Positions 18,361-29,088 of a stretch of DNA of 40,323 bases are shown piece after piece. Positions within the stretch are counted from its first letter, which is position 1, and each line of letters begins with the position of its first letter. A program made the position numbers and the translations under genes. Origin of the DNA: a bacterium (GTDB lineage Bacteria > Patescibacteriota > Minisyncoccia > UBA6257 > WO2-44-18). The notes below the pieces were generated by a model that saw only the letters and a program-made list of their open reading frames with translations, did not search any database and had not been told where the DNA came from. The stretch covers positions 1 to 40,323 of the forward strand of contig JAUYMR010000017.1 in assembly GCA_030698695.1 (NCBI GenBank), in the 5' to 3' direction.

Positions 18361-20295
18361 ATGTCTAAAATAATCGGTATTGATTTAGGAACAACTAATT
18401 CGGCGATGGCCGTTGTTGAGGGTGGTTCGCCAAAAATATTAGAAAATACAGAGGGCAATCGCACTACGCCATCAATTGTGGCAGTTACTAAGGCCAATGA
18501 AAGAGCGGCCGGTCTTTTGGCTAAGCGTCAGGCCGTGGTCAATCCTAAAAATACAATTTTTTCCGTAAAACGTTTAATTGGACGAAAATTTTCTGATTCA
18601 GAAGTGCAACAAGACAAAAAGTGGCTACCTTTTGATATTAAAGAATCTTCTACTGGCGGAGTGGAAATAAAAATGGCTGATAAGTGGCATAGACCAGAAG
18701 AAATCTCAGCTATGGTTCTCGCTAAACTAAAAGCAGACGCCGAGGCCAGATTGGGTGAAAAAATCATAGAAGCAGTGATAACGGTACCGGCTTATTTTGA
18801 TGACAGCCAAAGACAAGCCACTAAAAATGCCGGCGAGATTGCCGGTTTGAAAGTAAGGCGCATTATCAATGAGCCAACGGCAGCGGCTTTGGCCTATGGT
18901 TTGAATCGTAAAAAAGACGAACAGATCGTAGTTTACGATTTTGGCGGTGGAACATTTGACGTGTCTGTTTTAGAGATTGCTGAAAATACCATAGAAGTTA
19001 AGTCCACCGGCGGCGATACTCATTTGGGCGGAGACGATTTTGATAAGAGGATTAATGAATATCTAGTCAGTGAATATAAAAAGCAAGAAGGTATAGATGT
19101 CGCTAAGGATCCATTGGCCTTGCAAAGGTTGAAAGAGGCAGCTGAACGAGCCAAACATGAGCTTTCTACGTCCATGGAAACGGAAATAAATTTGCCATAT
19201 ATTAGCTCGGACGCCTCTGGACCAAAGCATTTTTTAATGAAATTTACTCGCGCCAAATTAGAATCATTGGTAGCCGATGAAATAACGCGATCTATCAAAC
19301 TTACTGAACAAACAATCAAAGAGGCCGGTTTTGCAGTGAAAGATATTGATGAAATTATATTGGTTGGCGGTCAAACGCGCATGCCTGCCATAGTTGACGC
19401 TGTTAAAAAGTTTTTTGGTAAGGATCCTCACCAGGGAGTCAATCCTGACGAAGTGGTGGCCATAGGCGCGGCGATACAGGGAGAGATTTTATCCGCTAAA
19501 GATGAGGGGCGCCGTCCAGAGGGCGAAGTTAAAGATGTTTTGCTTTTGGATGTTGCGCCGTTGTCATTAGGTATTGAGACCCTAGGGGGCGTCTTTACCA
19601 AATTAATTGAGAAGAATACAACCATTCCTACTGCCAAGACGCAAGTATTTTCCACCGCCGCCGACAATCAGACTTCAGTTGAGATCCATGTTCTGCAAGG
19701 TGAGCGCGAGATGGCGGCAGATAATAAAACTCTGGCTAGATTTATTTTAGATGGTATTCCCACAGCTCCAAGGGGCGTGCCACAGGTAGAGGTGAGTTTT
19801 GATATTGATGCTAACGGCATACTCAATGTCTCTGCCAAAGATAAAGCTAGCGGCAAAACTCAATCAGTTAAAGTTGAGGCCACAACTAGCATTTCTAAAG
19901 AGGAGGTTGAACGATTGAAACAAGAGGCGGCTAAGCATGCTGAAGAGGATAAAGCCAAGAAAGAATTAGTGGAAACTCACAATCAAGCCGAAAATTTAAT
20001 CTACGTTTCGGAAAAATCATTAACTGACGCCGGAGATAAAATACCAACTGATGTTAAAGAAGGGGTTACTAAAAAAATTGAAGCGCTCAAATCAGTAAAA
20101 GATGGCCAAGATGTTAATGCCGTTAAAACTGCCATCGCTGAACTTTCTACTGAAATTCAAAAGGTTGGTCAGCATATGTATAAAGATCAAAACCAAACCA
20201 AGCCGCAAGACCAAACTGGCGAGCAGGTGAAAGACCAGGATGAAAATCAAGACCAAGGCGGCAATGCCGAGCAGACCGATGGCGAGCAAAAATAA
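18361..20295 (+). CDS. dnaK: Chaperone DnaK
   Basis: [36 protein letters not shown]. Confidence 0.99.
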   Translation: MSKIIGIDLGTTNSAMAVVEGGSPKILENTEGNRTTPSIVAVTKANERAAGLLAKRQAVVNPKNTIFSVKRLIGRKFSDSEVQQDKKWLPFDIKESSTGGVEIKMADKWHRPEEISAMVLAKLKADAEARLGEKIIEAVITVPAYFDDSQRQATKNAGEIAGLKVRRIINEPTAAALAYGLNRKKDEQIVVYDFGGGTFDVSVLEIAENTIEVKSTGGDTHLGGDDFDKRINEYLVSEYKKQEGIDVAKDPLALQRLKEAAERAKHELSTSMETEINLPYISSDASGPKHFLMKFTRAKLESLVADEITRSIKLTEQTIKEAGFAVKDIDEIILVGGQTRMPAIVDAVKKFFGKDPHQGVNPDEVVAIGAAIQGEILSAKDEGRRPEGEVKDVLLLDVAPLSLGIETLGGVFTKLIEKNTTIPTAKTQVFSTAADNQTSVEIHVLQGEREMAADNKTLARFILDGIPTAPRGVPQVEVSFDIDANGILNVSAKDKASGKTQSVKVEATTSISKEEVERLKQEAAKHAEEDKAKKELVETHNQAENLIYVSEKSLTDAGDKIPTDVKEGVTKKIEALKSVKDGQDVNAVKTAIAELSTEIQKVGQHMYKDQNQTKPQDQTGEQVKDQDENQDQGGNAEQTDGEQK

Positions 20296-20356
20296 TGATG
20301 TCGCCCAGCCGCTGGCGGGATACTCACGTTTGTAGTTAAATTTTCTACGCATGAGC

Positions 20357-20376
20357 CCCGTCTGCCGGTAGACAGG
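20357..20376. repeat. Variant copy of the 20-bp palindrome at 423-442
   Basis: CCCGTCTGCCGGTAGACAGG, 16/20 identical, including one compensatory C-G to T-A change. Confidence 0.65.
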
Positions 20377-20394
20377 TTAAAGATTAAAACAAAC

Positions 20395-21498
20395 ATGGCA
20401 GATTACTACAAAGTTTTAGGAATTGATAGGGGGGCTAGCGATGACGATATTAAAAAGGCCTACAGAAAGTTAGCTCACCAATATCATCCGGATAAGCATA
20501 GTGGCGATGATAAGAAATTCAAAGAGATAAACGAAGCTTATCAAATTTTATCAAACAAAGAAAAGAAAGCTCAATACGATAAATTCGGACGTGTTTTTTC
20601 CGCCGGAGATGGATTCTCCGCCGGAGGCGGGCCATCTTCTGGTTGGGATTTTCAAGGTTTTGCCGATGGCTTTGGCTTTGGTTTTGATGCCAACAACATG
20701 GGGGACGTCGGTGATATTTTTGACGCTTTTTTTGGAGGATTGGGTGGTAGGAAACGTAAAACTTATCAACGTGGTTCCGATTTGGAATTGGGGCAAGAAA
20801 TAACATTAGAGGAGTCATTCACTGGCGTACAAAAAATTTTAAAATATAAAACTTTCGTAGCCTGCCAGAGTTGTTCCGGTTTGGGACATTTTCCCGATGA
20901 TGGATTTAAATCTTGTGCTATTTGTGATGGTCGTGGAGAGATAAAGGAAACACGCAATACTTTTTTTGGCGGTTTCGCTCAAGTTAAGCCCTGTAAACAA
21001 TGTCATGGCGCTGGCAAAATTCCTAACAAATCATGCAAGGATTGCTCCGGCTCTGGGCGGATTAGCGGCCAAAAAGAAATTAGCGTAAGTATCGTTCCTG
21101 GAGTTGCCGATGGCCAGATGATTAAAATATCCAAAGCTGGAGAAAAGGGAGTTCATGGAGCCGAGGCGGGTGATCTTTATGTTAGGTTACGAGTTAGGCC
21201 GCACCCGATTTTTAAGAGGATTGGCGATGACTTACTGGTAAAAAAAGAGATTAGCTTGATTGATGTTTTATCGGACAAAAAAATCTTACTGGATTCTATT
21301 TCTGGCAAGAAATTGGGAATCGGCATCCCACATGGATTTAATTTAAAAGATAAGATCGTAGTTGAGGGAGAGGGCATGCCTAAGTTGGGTAGTTATGGGA
21401 AAGGAAATCTTCTTGTAGATATTGATATTAGAACACCCAAGAAATTAAGTTCCAAAGCCAAAAAACTTTTGGAAGATTTGGATAAAGAAGTTGAATAA
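20395..21498 (+). CDS. dnaJ: Chaperone DnaJ
   Basis: J domain with HPD, G/F linker, four CxxCxGxG motifs. Confidence 0.98.
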   Translation: MADYYKVLGIDRGASDDDIKKAYRKLAHQYHPDKHSGDDKKFKEINEAYQILSNKEKKAQYDKFGRVFSAGDGFSAGGGPSSGWDFQGFADGFGFGFDANNMGDVGDIFDAFFGGLGGRKRKTYQRGSDLELGQEITLEESFTGVQKILKYKTFVACQSCSGLGHFPDDGFKSCAICDGRGEIKETRNTFFGGFAQVKPCKQCHGAGKIPNKSCKDCSGSGRISGQKEISVSIVPGVADGQMIKISKAGEKGVHGAEAGDLYVRLRVRPHPIFKRIGDDLLVKKEISLIDVLSDKKILLDSISGKKLGIGIPHGFNLKDKIVVEGEGMPKLGSYGKGNLLVDIDIRTPKKLSSKAKKLLEDLDKEVE

Positions 21499-21545
21499 AT
21501 TTTTATAACGCGATTTTATATGATCCGTTAGTTGATGTAATAAAT

Positions 21546-21568
21546 AAAAACCCCCGCTATAGCGGGGG
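21546..21568. terminator. Terminator between dnaJ and the kinase gene
   Basis: AAAAA-CCCCCGC-TATA-GCGGGGG. Confidence 0.8.
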
Positions 21569-21576
21569 ATGTGTTT

Positions 21577-23973
21577 TTAACATGGTTTATGGCAAATGCG
21601 GAAACCTAACGTGCCACAAGTTTTTTCCGTTTTATCGGCGACCGTGCGCACTTTAGTGGCGGCAATATCTGAATCATAGCGCCAACAACCGCCTCTGGTA
21701 ATTACCTTGTCAGTCGCGCCATTAGCAAAGCTATTGGTGAATTCTCTAACTCCGCCGGCACAGCCACGCACTCCATAGATAGACGTATCTTGTCTAGGAA
21801 TTTTATCAATGGGCAGCAGCTTGGCGTTTCCTGGTGGGCAAGAGTCCCAGAGGTTGGCGAAAGTTGGCTCGTCGGCGTTACCCCAAGGTTGACGACGTCC
21901 GTCTACGCCGGTCGCCGCCTTTTCCCACGACCATTCATCGGGCAACGAAAATTGTATGCCGATTAATTGAGATAACCACTTACAGTAAGCGTTGGCATTA
22001 TGCCACGAGATGCCCGTGACTGGGAGTAAGTCATGATCTGGCATCGGCATCATAAATTTTTTAGAATCTTCATCAAACAACCATAGGGGATCGCCATCTT
22101 CATCGTGTGGCAATAGTTCGTTGATATTATCGGAATATTTTATGGTTAGCGTGCTGTTAATAAATGCTAGATATTCTTTACAGGTGACTGGATAGCGAGC
22201 TATGAAGAAATCATCAGCTTTCAGGGTGGTTAGTTCTTTGCAGCCCGGAGAGTGGGAATCGCCGCCCGATATAAATTGTCCCGCGGGAATATAGGCAAAA
22301 TAATTGGAAGGTATTCTGTCAGGATTGATTTGATTGTCGGCATAGAAATTAATCAAGCCTTCCCATTTTTGCAAGCGAGTAATGTTGATTGGATAGCGTA
22401 TGATGCGATGGCCGGAGGCCTTAACTAGAATCAAATACGATCCTATGGGCAATGAAAAGCGCGTTGGGATAATATTATCGGCATATGATGGTAGCGGATA
22501 AAATAACGGCGCCAATCTTCTATTATATTCAATGAATCTATAAATTTTGATTCTGGCGTTGGGGGAGGGAGAATTCAAATCCAGTATGCTGTTGCCGGCC
22601 AAAAAAGCGGTAAAGCGATTACAATGGTCATGCTCGCGCATAAATTTCTCGGCCAGCGCCATTTTGTCTTTATTGCCAGATTGCTCCGCTTCAATAAATT
22701 CTATTTTATAATGATCGGCCAATAGTAGATGTGCTTTATCATTTTCAGCGTCATCCAAGAGTACTTGAGTAAGAGTCGCGATATAATCGGCGTTTAGAGC
22801 GGCGATAACCTGTTTGAAGGCTCTACAAAAATTTTCTAGACGGATGATTTTTGATTTTTCTTTAAGAGGTTTCCATGGCGGAATCGTCGTTCGCAATTTA
22901 TTAAGCCGGATTCTGTATTGTCCGTGTTGTTGTTGTAATTTTTTTAAGAGTTTTTTTAGACAAGAAGCCTCTACTAATTTTTCTTTAGCGCGCTCTTTAG
23001 CAGTTTCCCCGTTAAGCATCTTCTCAATTACGTCTATCATTTCAGCGATATTCTGATAACGATTATCTGGATTTTTGGTCATTGCTTTTTGTATGACAGC
23101 TCTAAGCTCAAGCGGTTTTATTTTATTCATCAACGCCGGCTCTTCATTAAGAATTTTGTGTTTATATGTTTCGTAGTTATTATCTGAGAAGAAGAATGGC
23201 GATAAGCCGGTCAATAATTCATAAAGAATCGTTCCCAGAGAATAGATATCGGAACGATGATCAATTTCACGACCAGTGACTTGTTCTGGCGACATATAAG
23301 CGGGCGTACCAGCAATGGTTCCTTCATTCAAATGGTCGGCGAAACTTTTAATTTTTGACAGGCCCCAGTCCAGAACAAAAACGTTGCCGGTTTTGTTCTC
23401 AATCATAATATTGCCAGGCTTAAGATCGCGGTGAATCACATTGCAGTTGTTGGCAAAACTTATGGCGTGACATATTTCTAAGAATAAACGCAGACGCTGG
23501 AAAGTATTGGCTTGATGAGGTTTTTTATTGTCGGCGATATATGATCCGAGAGTTTTGCCCTCAACCAGCTTCATAACAACAAATAATTGTCCTTCTGGAA
23601 TTTCATGAGCAGACCATTCAGCCGGCGTTTCTCCATAATCATAAATGGGAATTATATTCTGGTGTTCTAATCTGGCTTGAATGATGCCTTCGCGCAACAT
23701 TTGCGATGCGGCAGATGGCGATGAAGAGATGTTCAAAATCTTAATAGCGACAGATCGTCCCAGTCCACCTTCTCTAGCTCTAAAAACTTGCCCAAACCCG
23801 CCGGAGCCGATTCGCTCTTCAATTTGATAACGTTTAGCTCCGATTGGGAGATTTTTGGGATTGGGGATGACTAATTCCGGCAATCTACCGTGCGAGGTTG
23901 TTAATTCTGGAAATAGGATACTAGGTTCCGCAATGAGCATATTGGTTTCTATTTCAATCTGGGTGTGAGTCAT
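21577..23973 (-). CDS. Hanks-type Ser/Thr protein kinase fused to a C-terminal FGE/SUMF1 (formylglycine-generating enzyme-like) domain
   Basis: GSGGFGQV, VAIK, HRDLKPGN, DWG, GTPAYMSPEQ, SDIYSLG; C-terminal YPVT..EY..F, PVTGISW..A..YC.W, LPDE..WEKAA.G, RGG.W, GFR. Confidence 0.93.
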   Translation of the reverse strand: MTHTQIEIETNMLIAEPSILFPELTTSHGRLPELVIPNPKNLPIGAKRYQIEERIGSGGFGQVFRAREGGLGRSVAIKILNISSSPSAASQMLREGIIQARLEHQNIIPIYDYGETPAEWSAHEIPEGQLFVVMKLVEGKTLGSYIADNKKPHQANTFQRLRLFLEICHAISFANNCNVIHRDLKPGNIMIENKTGNVFVLDWGLSKIKSFADHLNEGTIAGTPAYMSPEQVTGREIDHRSDIYSLGTILYELLTGLSPFFFSDNNYETYKHKILNEEPALMNKIKPLELRAVIQKAMTKNPDNRYQNIAEMIDVIEKMLNGETAKERAKEKLVEASCLKKLLKKLQQQHGQYRIRLNKLRTTIPPWKPLKEKSKIIRLENFCRAFKQVIAALNADYIATLTQVLLDDAENDKAHLLLADHYKIEFIEAEQSGNKDKMALAEKFMREHDHCNRFTAFLAGNSILDLNSPSPNARIKIYRFIEYNRRLAPLFYPLPSYADNIIPTRFSLPIGSYLILVKASGHRIIRYPINITRLQKWEGLINFYADNQINPDRIPSNYFAYIPAGQFISGGDSHSPGCKELTTLKADDFFIARYPVTCKEYLAFINSTLTIKYSDNINELLPHDEDGDPLWLFDEDSKKFMMPMPDHDLLPVTGISWHNANAYCKWLSQLIGIQFSLPDEWSWEKAATGVDGRRQPWGNADEPTFANLWDSCPPGNAKLLPIDKIPRQDTSIYGVRGCAGGVREFTNSFANGATDKVITRGGCWRYDSDIAATKVRTVADKTEKTCGTLGFRICHKPC

Positions 23974-24071
23974 GATTGCTCCTGTTTCAAGGGGGTGGCG
24001 GATAAAATTGTAAAAGAACTGATTCAGGTTCAGTGGATATACTAATACTTGTTTAGGGCCAAGTCTAGGGG

Positions 24072-24497
24072 CTAGTCCTTCTTCTTCAGGGATTCCAGGT
24101 CGGTGATTATTTTTTGCACATTTTTAGCCAGAGTTTCCAATGTCTCAATAGTGTGTTGGCTTCTGACATCATCTAGCTTGTCATCTTCGGTTATATCTTC
24201 AACATCTTCGCTAATTTCCTCAATTTCTTCTTGAATATCTTCAACATCCTCTTCAACTTCTTGCAAACTAGCCGTATGTTTATTAACTGTCATTTGTATG
24301 AAAATCGCTAAATAGATAGCTTCCAACGAAACAGCGGTTGTCAGTGCGATCAATACGAAATTCCAACTGGTTATTTCTAACATTCCTATAATCAAGAAAA
24401 AGATGAAAACAAAAGTATGCAAAACAAGAGAAGATGTTGAGCCAATCCATATAATGAGGCGGTCCATTATATTTTTTTGACCAGTTTTATTATCCAT
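24072..24497 (-). CDS. DUF1003-like membrane protein with acidic coiled-coil tail
   Basis: WIGS...HT, LTTAVSLEAIYLAIFIQM, repeated EDVEDI. Confidence 0.75.
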   Translation of the reverse strand: MDNKTGQKNIMDRLIIWIGSTSSLVLHTFVFIFFLIIGMLEITSWNFVLIALTTAVSLEAIYLAIFIQMTVNKHTASLQEVEEDVEDIQEEIEEISEDVEDITEDDKLDDVRSQHTIETLETLAKNVQKIITDLESLKKKD

Positions 24498-24537
24498 AGG
24501 TAAAATATATTAATTAGATTTGAGACAAGTTAGATAT

Positions 24538-24611
24538 TGGTGCCCCCACATGGAATCGAACCATGATCAACTGCTTAAAAGGCAGCTGCTCTACCACTGA
24601 GCTATGGGGGC
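24538..24611 (-). tRNA. tRNA-Lys (anticodon TTT)
   Basis: Reverse complement GCCCCCATAGCTCAGTGGTAGAGCA-GCTGC-CTTTTAA-GCAGT-TGATCATGGTTCGATTCCATGTGGGGGCACCA. Confidence 0.96.
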
Positions 24612-24687
24612 AAGTTTGGCGTACTATTAAATGCTATTCACATCAACGAGCATGAAGACGATTGCTTTTTGTAGTATAATAAATTTT

Positions 24688-25455
24688 ATGAGCAACAACA
24701 AGACTAAACTAATCTCTTTGTCGGTGGTTATTATTATCAGCGCCCTGGTTCTTGGTTACACGCTTTTTATTTTTAAGGGTGGCTTTAGTATAAATTCGGG
24801 CATTAATTTATTGATAGCGTTAGTTATTTTCTTGGCGCTATTTGCTTTTCAGGCTTTATTAATCCAAAGAAGTTTTTTAGTCGTAGGATTGTGTTTATTG
24901 GAAACGTTAGCTCTGCTAGCGCCGTTTTATAAATCATTTTCATTAATTTTTGCTGGCGCCGGAGTTGCCTCTTTTTTCTTGCTTTGGAATGCTTCTTGGT
25001 CTGGCAATAAAGATGTAATCAATACGCTCAAAATTGATTTTCTAAAAATATCAGCTCGTATTAATGTTAGAGTCTCGGTGGCTATTGTTTTAATCGGAGT
25101 GGTGTCATATGTTAGCGCCCTGACTTTTCAAGATGTTACCGAATCAGTATTATCCTCCACAGACGTCGTTGTGGGCCAAGTAGCCAATCAGTTTTTACCA
25201 GCTTCTTTATCGGGTGATCTTATAGGTCAAGCTCAGAAATTAATTTCAGATCAATTAAATACCGTTCCCGATGCGATCAAAAGGGGGATTGTAGTCGGTT
25301 TCGGCGTATTGCTGTTTTTCGGCATAAAAGGGATTATGTTCATTGTTAATTGGTTGGCGGCTTTGGTGGCGCTGTTGATTTATAAACTATTATTAGCCGT
25401 CAAATTCATTAAACTTACAACTGAAGAGGTTAGCAAAGAAAATATAAGTTTTTAA
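24688..25455 (+). CDS. Hypothetical multi-pass membrane protein
   Basis: About 6-7 hydrophobic segments; TATAAT 7 nt before ATG 24688. Confidence 0.8.
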   Translation: MSNNKTKLISLSVVIIISALVLGYTLFIFKGGFSINSGINLLIALVIFLALFAFQALLIQRSFLVVGLCLLETLALLAPFYKSFSLIFAGAGVASFFLLWNASWSGNKDVINTLKIDFLKISARINVRVSVAIVLIGVVSYVSALTFQDVTESVLSSTDVVVGQVANQFLPASLSGDLIGQAQKLISDQLNTVPDAIKRGIVVGFGVLLFFGIKGIMFIVNWLAALVALLIYKLLLAVKFIKLTTEEVSKENISF

Positions 25456-25473
25456 TTATTTCCACATATAGCA

Positions 25474-25497
25474 AGCCCTCGACCTATATCGAGGGCT
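25474..25497. terminator. Hairpin between convergent genes
   Basis: AGCCCTCGA-CCTATA-TCGAGGGCT. Confidence 0.6.
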
Positions 25498-25500
25498 GTT

Positions 25501-25788
25501 TTAGTCCATTTTTACTATTTTAAGTTTTCCAGTTTTGTTGTGGCGTAGAATTTTTAACATATCGCCTTTGCCAAATTTGTATTGGCCATCGGCCGTAAAA
25601 GACTCTACTTTTTTACCCAATCTAACGGTAGTGGAGGCCCTGCCGCCGCCAACGCAACAAGTAAGAATCTGCTGACATTCACCCGAAGTAATTTCTTCAT
25701 AATCATCGTCCACAACTCTTTTTTTATAAAAGTAGTAAGCAACTAATCCGGCGGGAATCAGTAGTGACAACCACAGCATCCAGGACAT
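25501..25788 (-). CDS. Hypothetical protein with N-terminal TM and a small beta-rich (OB-like?) domain
   Basis: GAGGTGG SD; TM helix followed by KKR; alternating beta-strand pattern. Confidence 0.75.
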   Translation of the reverse strand: MSWMLWLSLLIPAGLVAYYFYKKRVVDDDYEEITSGECQQILTCCVGGGRASTTVRLGKKVESFTADGQYKFGKGDMLKILRHNKTGKLKIVKMD

Positions 25789-25943
25789 TTTCCACCTCTT
25801 TCTTGTGTGGATTTAAAAGTGCTTTATACGTTTATTATATAACGATATTTAATAATCAGCCACAGCTCAGAAGTTGGTTGATTTTTATTATTAACTCTTG
25901 AATTTTTAGTGCCGCCTTGATAAAATACATTTACATATTTACC

Positions 25944-27182
25944 ATGTCTAAGAATCCTGGACTTATTTTATTTCTAGTCATATTACTAACGGCTGTTTCC
26001 GCTTTTTTCGTTTGGCCGAACGGCTGGGGCGGCAATTTTTTACCGTGGCGTTTGGGTTTGGATTTGGTCGGTGGTAGCCATCTTCTTTATGAGGTTGATG
26101 TGTCAGCGGTAGACGCGGGTGATCGCGAGTCGGTGTTCGGCGGTTTGAGAGATATAATGGAGCGACGCGTTAATGTTTTCGGTGTCAGCGAGCCGCAAGT
26201 TTATACTTCCAAAGTTGCTGATTCATATCGTATTATCGTAGATTTGGCTGGTATTAAGGATACTCAAGAAGCTGTTAGGCAGATTGGTCGTACGGCTCAG
26301 TTAGATTTCAGGGAGGTCGCGCCGGCGGCTGACGATCAAGAAGGGGCGAGCTTTATAGCCACTGGCTTGGATGGCAGATATCTTAAAAAAGCCCAAGTTA
26401 CTTTAAATTCTCAATTGGGACAGCCGGAAATTCTTATTGAATTCAATTCCGAGGGCGCTAGTTTATTTGAAGAGATAACCGGACGTAACATAGGTAAGCC
26501 ATTGGCCATCTTTTTGGACGGCGAATTGATATCGGCGCCGACTGTTAACGATAAGATTATCGGCGGTACAGCGGTTATAAGCGGGCAATTTACTCCGGAT
26601 GAGGGCAAGAATTTGGCAGGCCTGCTTAACGCCGGCGCTTTGCCAGCGCCAGTACAGCTAGTTAGTCAGCAAGTTATTGGAGCGTCTTTGGGCGTAGATT
26701 CGCTTCAAAAAACGTTAGTAGCCGGTTTGATAGGGACTGTTTTAGTAATGTTGTTCATGCTGGTCTATTATAGGAAGTTGGGCATTTTTTCTGTTTTGGC
26801 GCTTTTTATATATATAGTGCTTACTATGGCCGTTTTTAAAGTCTTTAATATAACTATGACACTTTCTGGTATCGCGGGTTTTATATTATCTATCGGCATG
26901 GCCGTAGATGCTAATATTTTAATATTTGAGCGCACTAAAGAGGGTGTTAAATCGGGCTTATCCATGGTTACTGCTATTGAAGATGGATTTAAGAGAGCGT
27001 GGTTATCTATAAGAGATTCTAATGTCAGCACGATTATTACATCTATTATTTTGTATTATTTCACTACTGGTTTTGTAAAAGGTTTTGCGCTGACTTTGTT
27101 GATAGGAGTCGTGGTCAGTATGTTTAGCGCTATTACAATCACCAGAACGCTTCTTAGGGTATTTATGGAGGATCGTAGATAA
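25944..27182 (+). CDS. secD: Protein translocase subunit SecD
   Basis: LGLDLVGG, RRVNVFGVSEP, LNAGALP, IGMAVDANILIFER, GFALTL. Confidence 0.97.
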   Translation: MSKNPGLILFLVILLTAVSAFFVWPNGWGGNFLPWRLGLDLVGGSHLLYEVDVSAVDAGDRESVFGGLRDIMERRVNVFGVSEPQVYTSKVADSYRIIVDLAGIKDTQEAVRQIGRTAQLDFREVAPAADDQEGASFIATGLDGRYLKKAQVTLNSQLGQPEILIEFNSEGASLFEEITGRNIGKPLAIFLDGELISAPTVNDKIIGGTAVISGQFTPDEGKNLAGLLNAGALPAPVQLVSQQVIGASLGVDSLQKTLVAGLIGTVLVMLFMLVYYRKLGIFSVLALFIYIVLTMAVFKVFNITMTLSGIAGFILSIGMAVDANILIFERTKEGVKSGLSMVTAIEDGFKRAWLSIRDSNVSTIITSIILYYFTTGFVKGFALTLLIGVVVSMFSAITITRTLLRVFMEDRR

Positions 27183-27188
27183 AACAAT

Positions 27189-28049
27189 ATGAACATTATT
27201 GTAAACAAAAAAATATTTTTGATCATCTCTAGTTTATTGGTGTTGGCCAGTATAGTGTCTATGATGGTTTTTGGATTTAGGCAGGGGATAGATTTTGTTG
27301 GCGGAACATTGTGGCAAATAGAAATCCAAGCAAGCAAGGAAGCTCTGCTGGATGTTTTCCCAGAAGCTATTATTACTCAACAATCTGCCAGCGAATCCTA
27401 TTTGATTCGTTTGAATACTATATCCGAAGAAGAGCATCAAGCTCTATTACAGCAGTTAAATTCTCAGTTCGGAGAGATAAACGAACTTAGTTTTGAAAGC
27501 ATTGGTCCGGCTATTGGCAATGAATTGCGCAGTAAGGCCTTGACCGCGTTAGTCTTGGTATTAATAGGAATTTCTTTATATATCGCTTTCGTGTTTAGAA
27601 AAGTATCTAGGCCGGTTAGTTCTTGGAAATATGGCTTGATAACATTAGTTACCCTGTTTCATGACGCCATCATTCCCACTGGTTTGTTGGCCGTGCTGGG
27701 CCACTTTTTCAATGTAACTATGGACACATCATTTATTGTGGCCGTACTGGTGGTAATGGGCTTTTCAGTCCATGATACGATTGTGGTGTTTGATAGAATC
27801 AGAGAAAATCTACTCAGACAAAAAACACCGAAGTTTGATTTCAATTTATTAGTTAACGATAGTATTAATCAGACCATAGCTCGCTCCATCAATACATCTT
27901 TAACTTTAGTGCTAGTATTGATCGCTCTTTATTTCTTGGGAGCCGCCTCGTTACAATATTTTGTATTAACTATTATAGTTGGCACCATAGTGGGTACTTA
28001 TTCGTCAATATTTGTAGCGAGTCCTTTATTGACTGTCTGGAAAAGATAG
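27189..28049 (+). CDS. secF: Protein translocase subunit SecF
   Basis: GIDFVGG, IGPAIG.EL, GFSVHDTIVVFDRIRE, GTYSSIFVA. Confidence 0.97.
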   Translation: MNIIVNKKIFLIISSLLVLASIVSMMVFGFRQGIDFVGGTLWQIEIQASKEALLDVFPEAIITQQSASESYLIRLNTISEEEHQALLQQLNSQFGEINELSFESIGPAIGNELRSKALTALVLVLIGISLYIAFVFRKVSRPVSSWKYGLITLVTLFHDAIIPTGLLAVLGHFFNVTMDTSFIVAVLVVMGFSVHDTIVVFDRIRENLLRQKTPKFDFNLLVNDSINQTIARSINTSLTLVLVLIALYFLGAASLQYFVLTIIVGTIVGTYSSIFVASPLLTVWKR

Positions 28050-28095
28050 GGGGTTGCATTCAAAATCATAGTGTGTTATTATATACATATTCAAT

Positions 28096-29082
28096 ATGAA
28101 TAGTGGATTTATCAAAAAATTAGTAAAGGAATTGATTTCCGACCTTAGTCCGCGACAACGTGAGGTTATTGAGGGTCGTTATGGCTTAAAAGGGGGAGAA
28201 GAATTAACTTTGGCGGCTGTCGGTGATCGTTATGGGTTGACTCGTGAGCGTATTAGGCAGATAGAGAGGGCGGCCCTTAACTCCATTGAGTCTAAGTTTG
28301 CCAATGGATCTGGCGTCAAATTTGTAAGCGCTGTTAACGATATTTTTAAAAAATTTCGCGGTGTTCGTGAAGAAGCTTTGTTAGTCGGGGATTTGCGTTG
28401 TGCCTCCGCGGATTTAAATAATATTAGATTTGCTCTTGAAGCATCTAGTAAATTCAACCATCAACCAGAAGATGATGATTTTTATAGTTTTTGGTATGTT
28501 GATAATATAGCCAAGAAACAAGCCAACGATTTTATTTCCAAGTTAAAAGCTCAGTTAAAGAATGTTCGCGCCGCCAACAATGATTATAAGCCGGGCGATG
28601 AATGGGAATCTAACTGCGTCGCTGTTTCCAAGCATTTCGCCACAAGTCCATTCGGACAATTTGGTTTAAGAGAGTGGCCTGAAATAGTTCCCCAGAATTC
28701 ACGCGAATGGGCTTATTTGATTCTTAAAAAGAATAAGCAACCTATGCATTTTACTGAATTAGCCAAGGTTATTGATGATTATCGTCAGACTCATAGAAAA
28801 ACAAACGCTCAAACAGTTCATAATGAATTGATTAAAGACGAGAGATTTGTATTGGTCGGTCGCGGGACATATGGCTTGAGGGAGCTTGGGCTTTTACCCG
28901 GTACGGCCAAAGAGGTCATGGCTCATTTTATTAAAAAAAATGGTCCGTTACATTCGCGTGATTTAATAAAATTAGTTTTGAAAGAAAGAATGTTCAAAGA
29001 AAATACTTTATTGATTAATCTGCAGAACAGAGAAAGTTTTCAAAGATTGCAGGATGGACGTTACGATGTTCGCGAAGTATAA
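28096..29082 (+). CDS. Sigma70 region-4 HTH protein with C-terminal winged-HTH (HARE-HTH/RNAP delta-like) domains
   Basis: LSPRQREVI..RYGL....TLA.VG..YGLTRERIRQIE; PMHFTEL, TVHNELIKDERFVLVGRGTYGL. Confidence 0.8.
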   Translation: MNSGFIKKLVKELISDLSPRQREVIEGRYGLKGGEELTLAAVGDRYGLTRERIRQIERAALNSIESKFANGSGVKFVSAVNDIFKKFRGVREEALLVGDLRCASADLNNIRFALEASSKFNHQPEDDDFYSFWYVDNIAKKQANDFISKLKAQLKNVRAANNDYKPGDEWESNCVAVSKHFATSPFGQFGLREWPEIVPQNSREWAYLILKKNKQPMHFTELAKVIDDYRQTHRKTNAQTVHNELIKDERFVLVGRGTYGLRELGLLPGTAKEVMAHFIKKNGPLHSRDLIKLVLKERMFKENTLLINLQNRESFQRLQDGRYDVREV

Positions 29083-29088
29083 AACCTT

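Noticed and set aside
21577-21720. FGE C-terminus as a diversity-generating retroelement variable repeat
   Set aside because: FGE-type folds are known DGR targets, but I saw no template repeat or reverse transcriptase in the window
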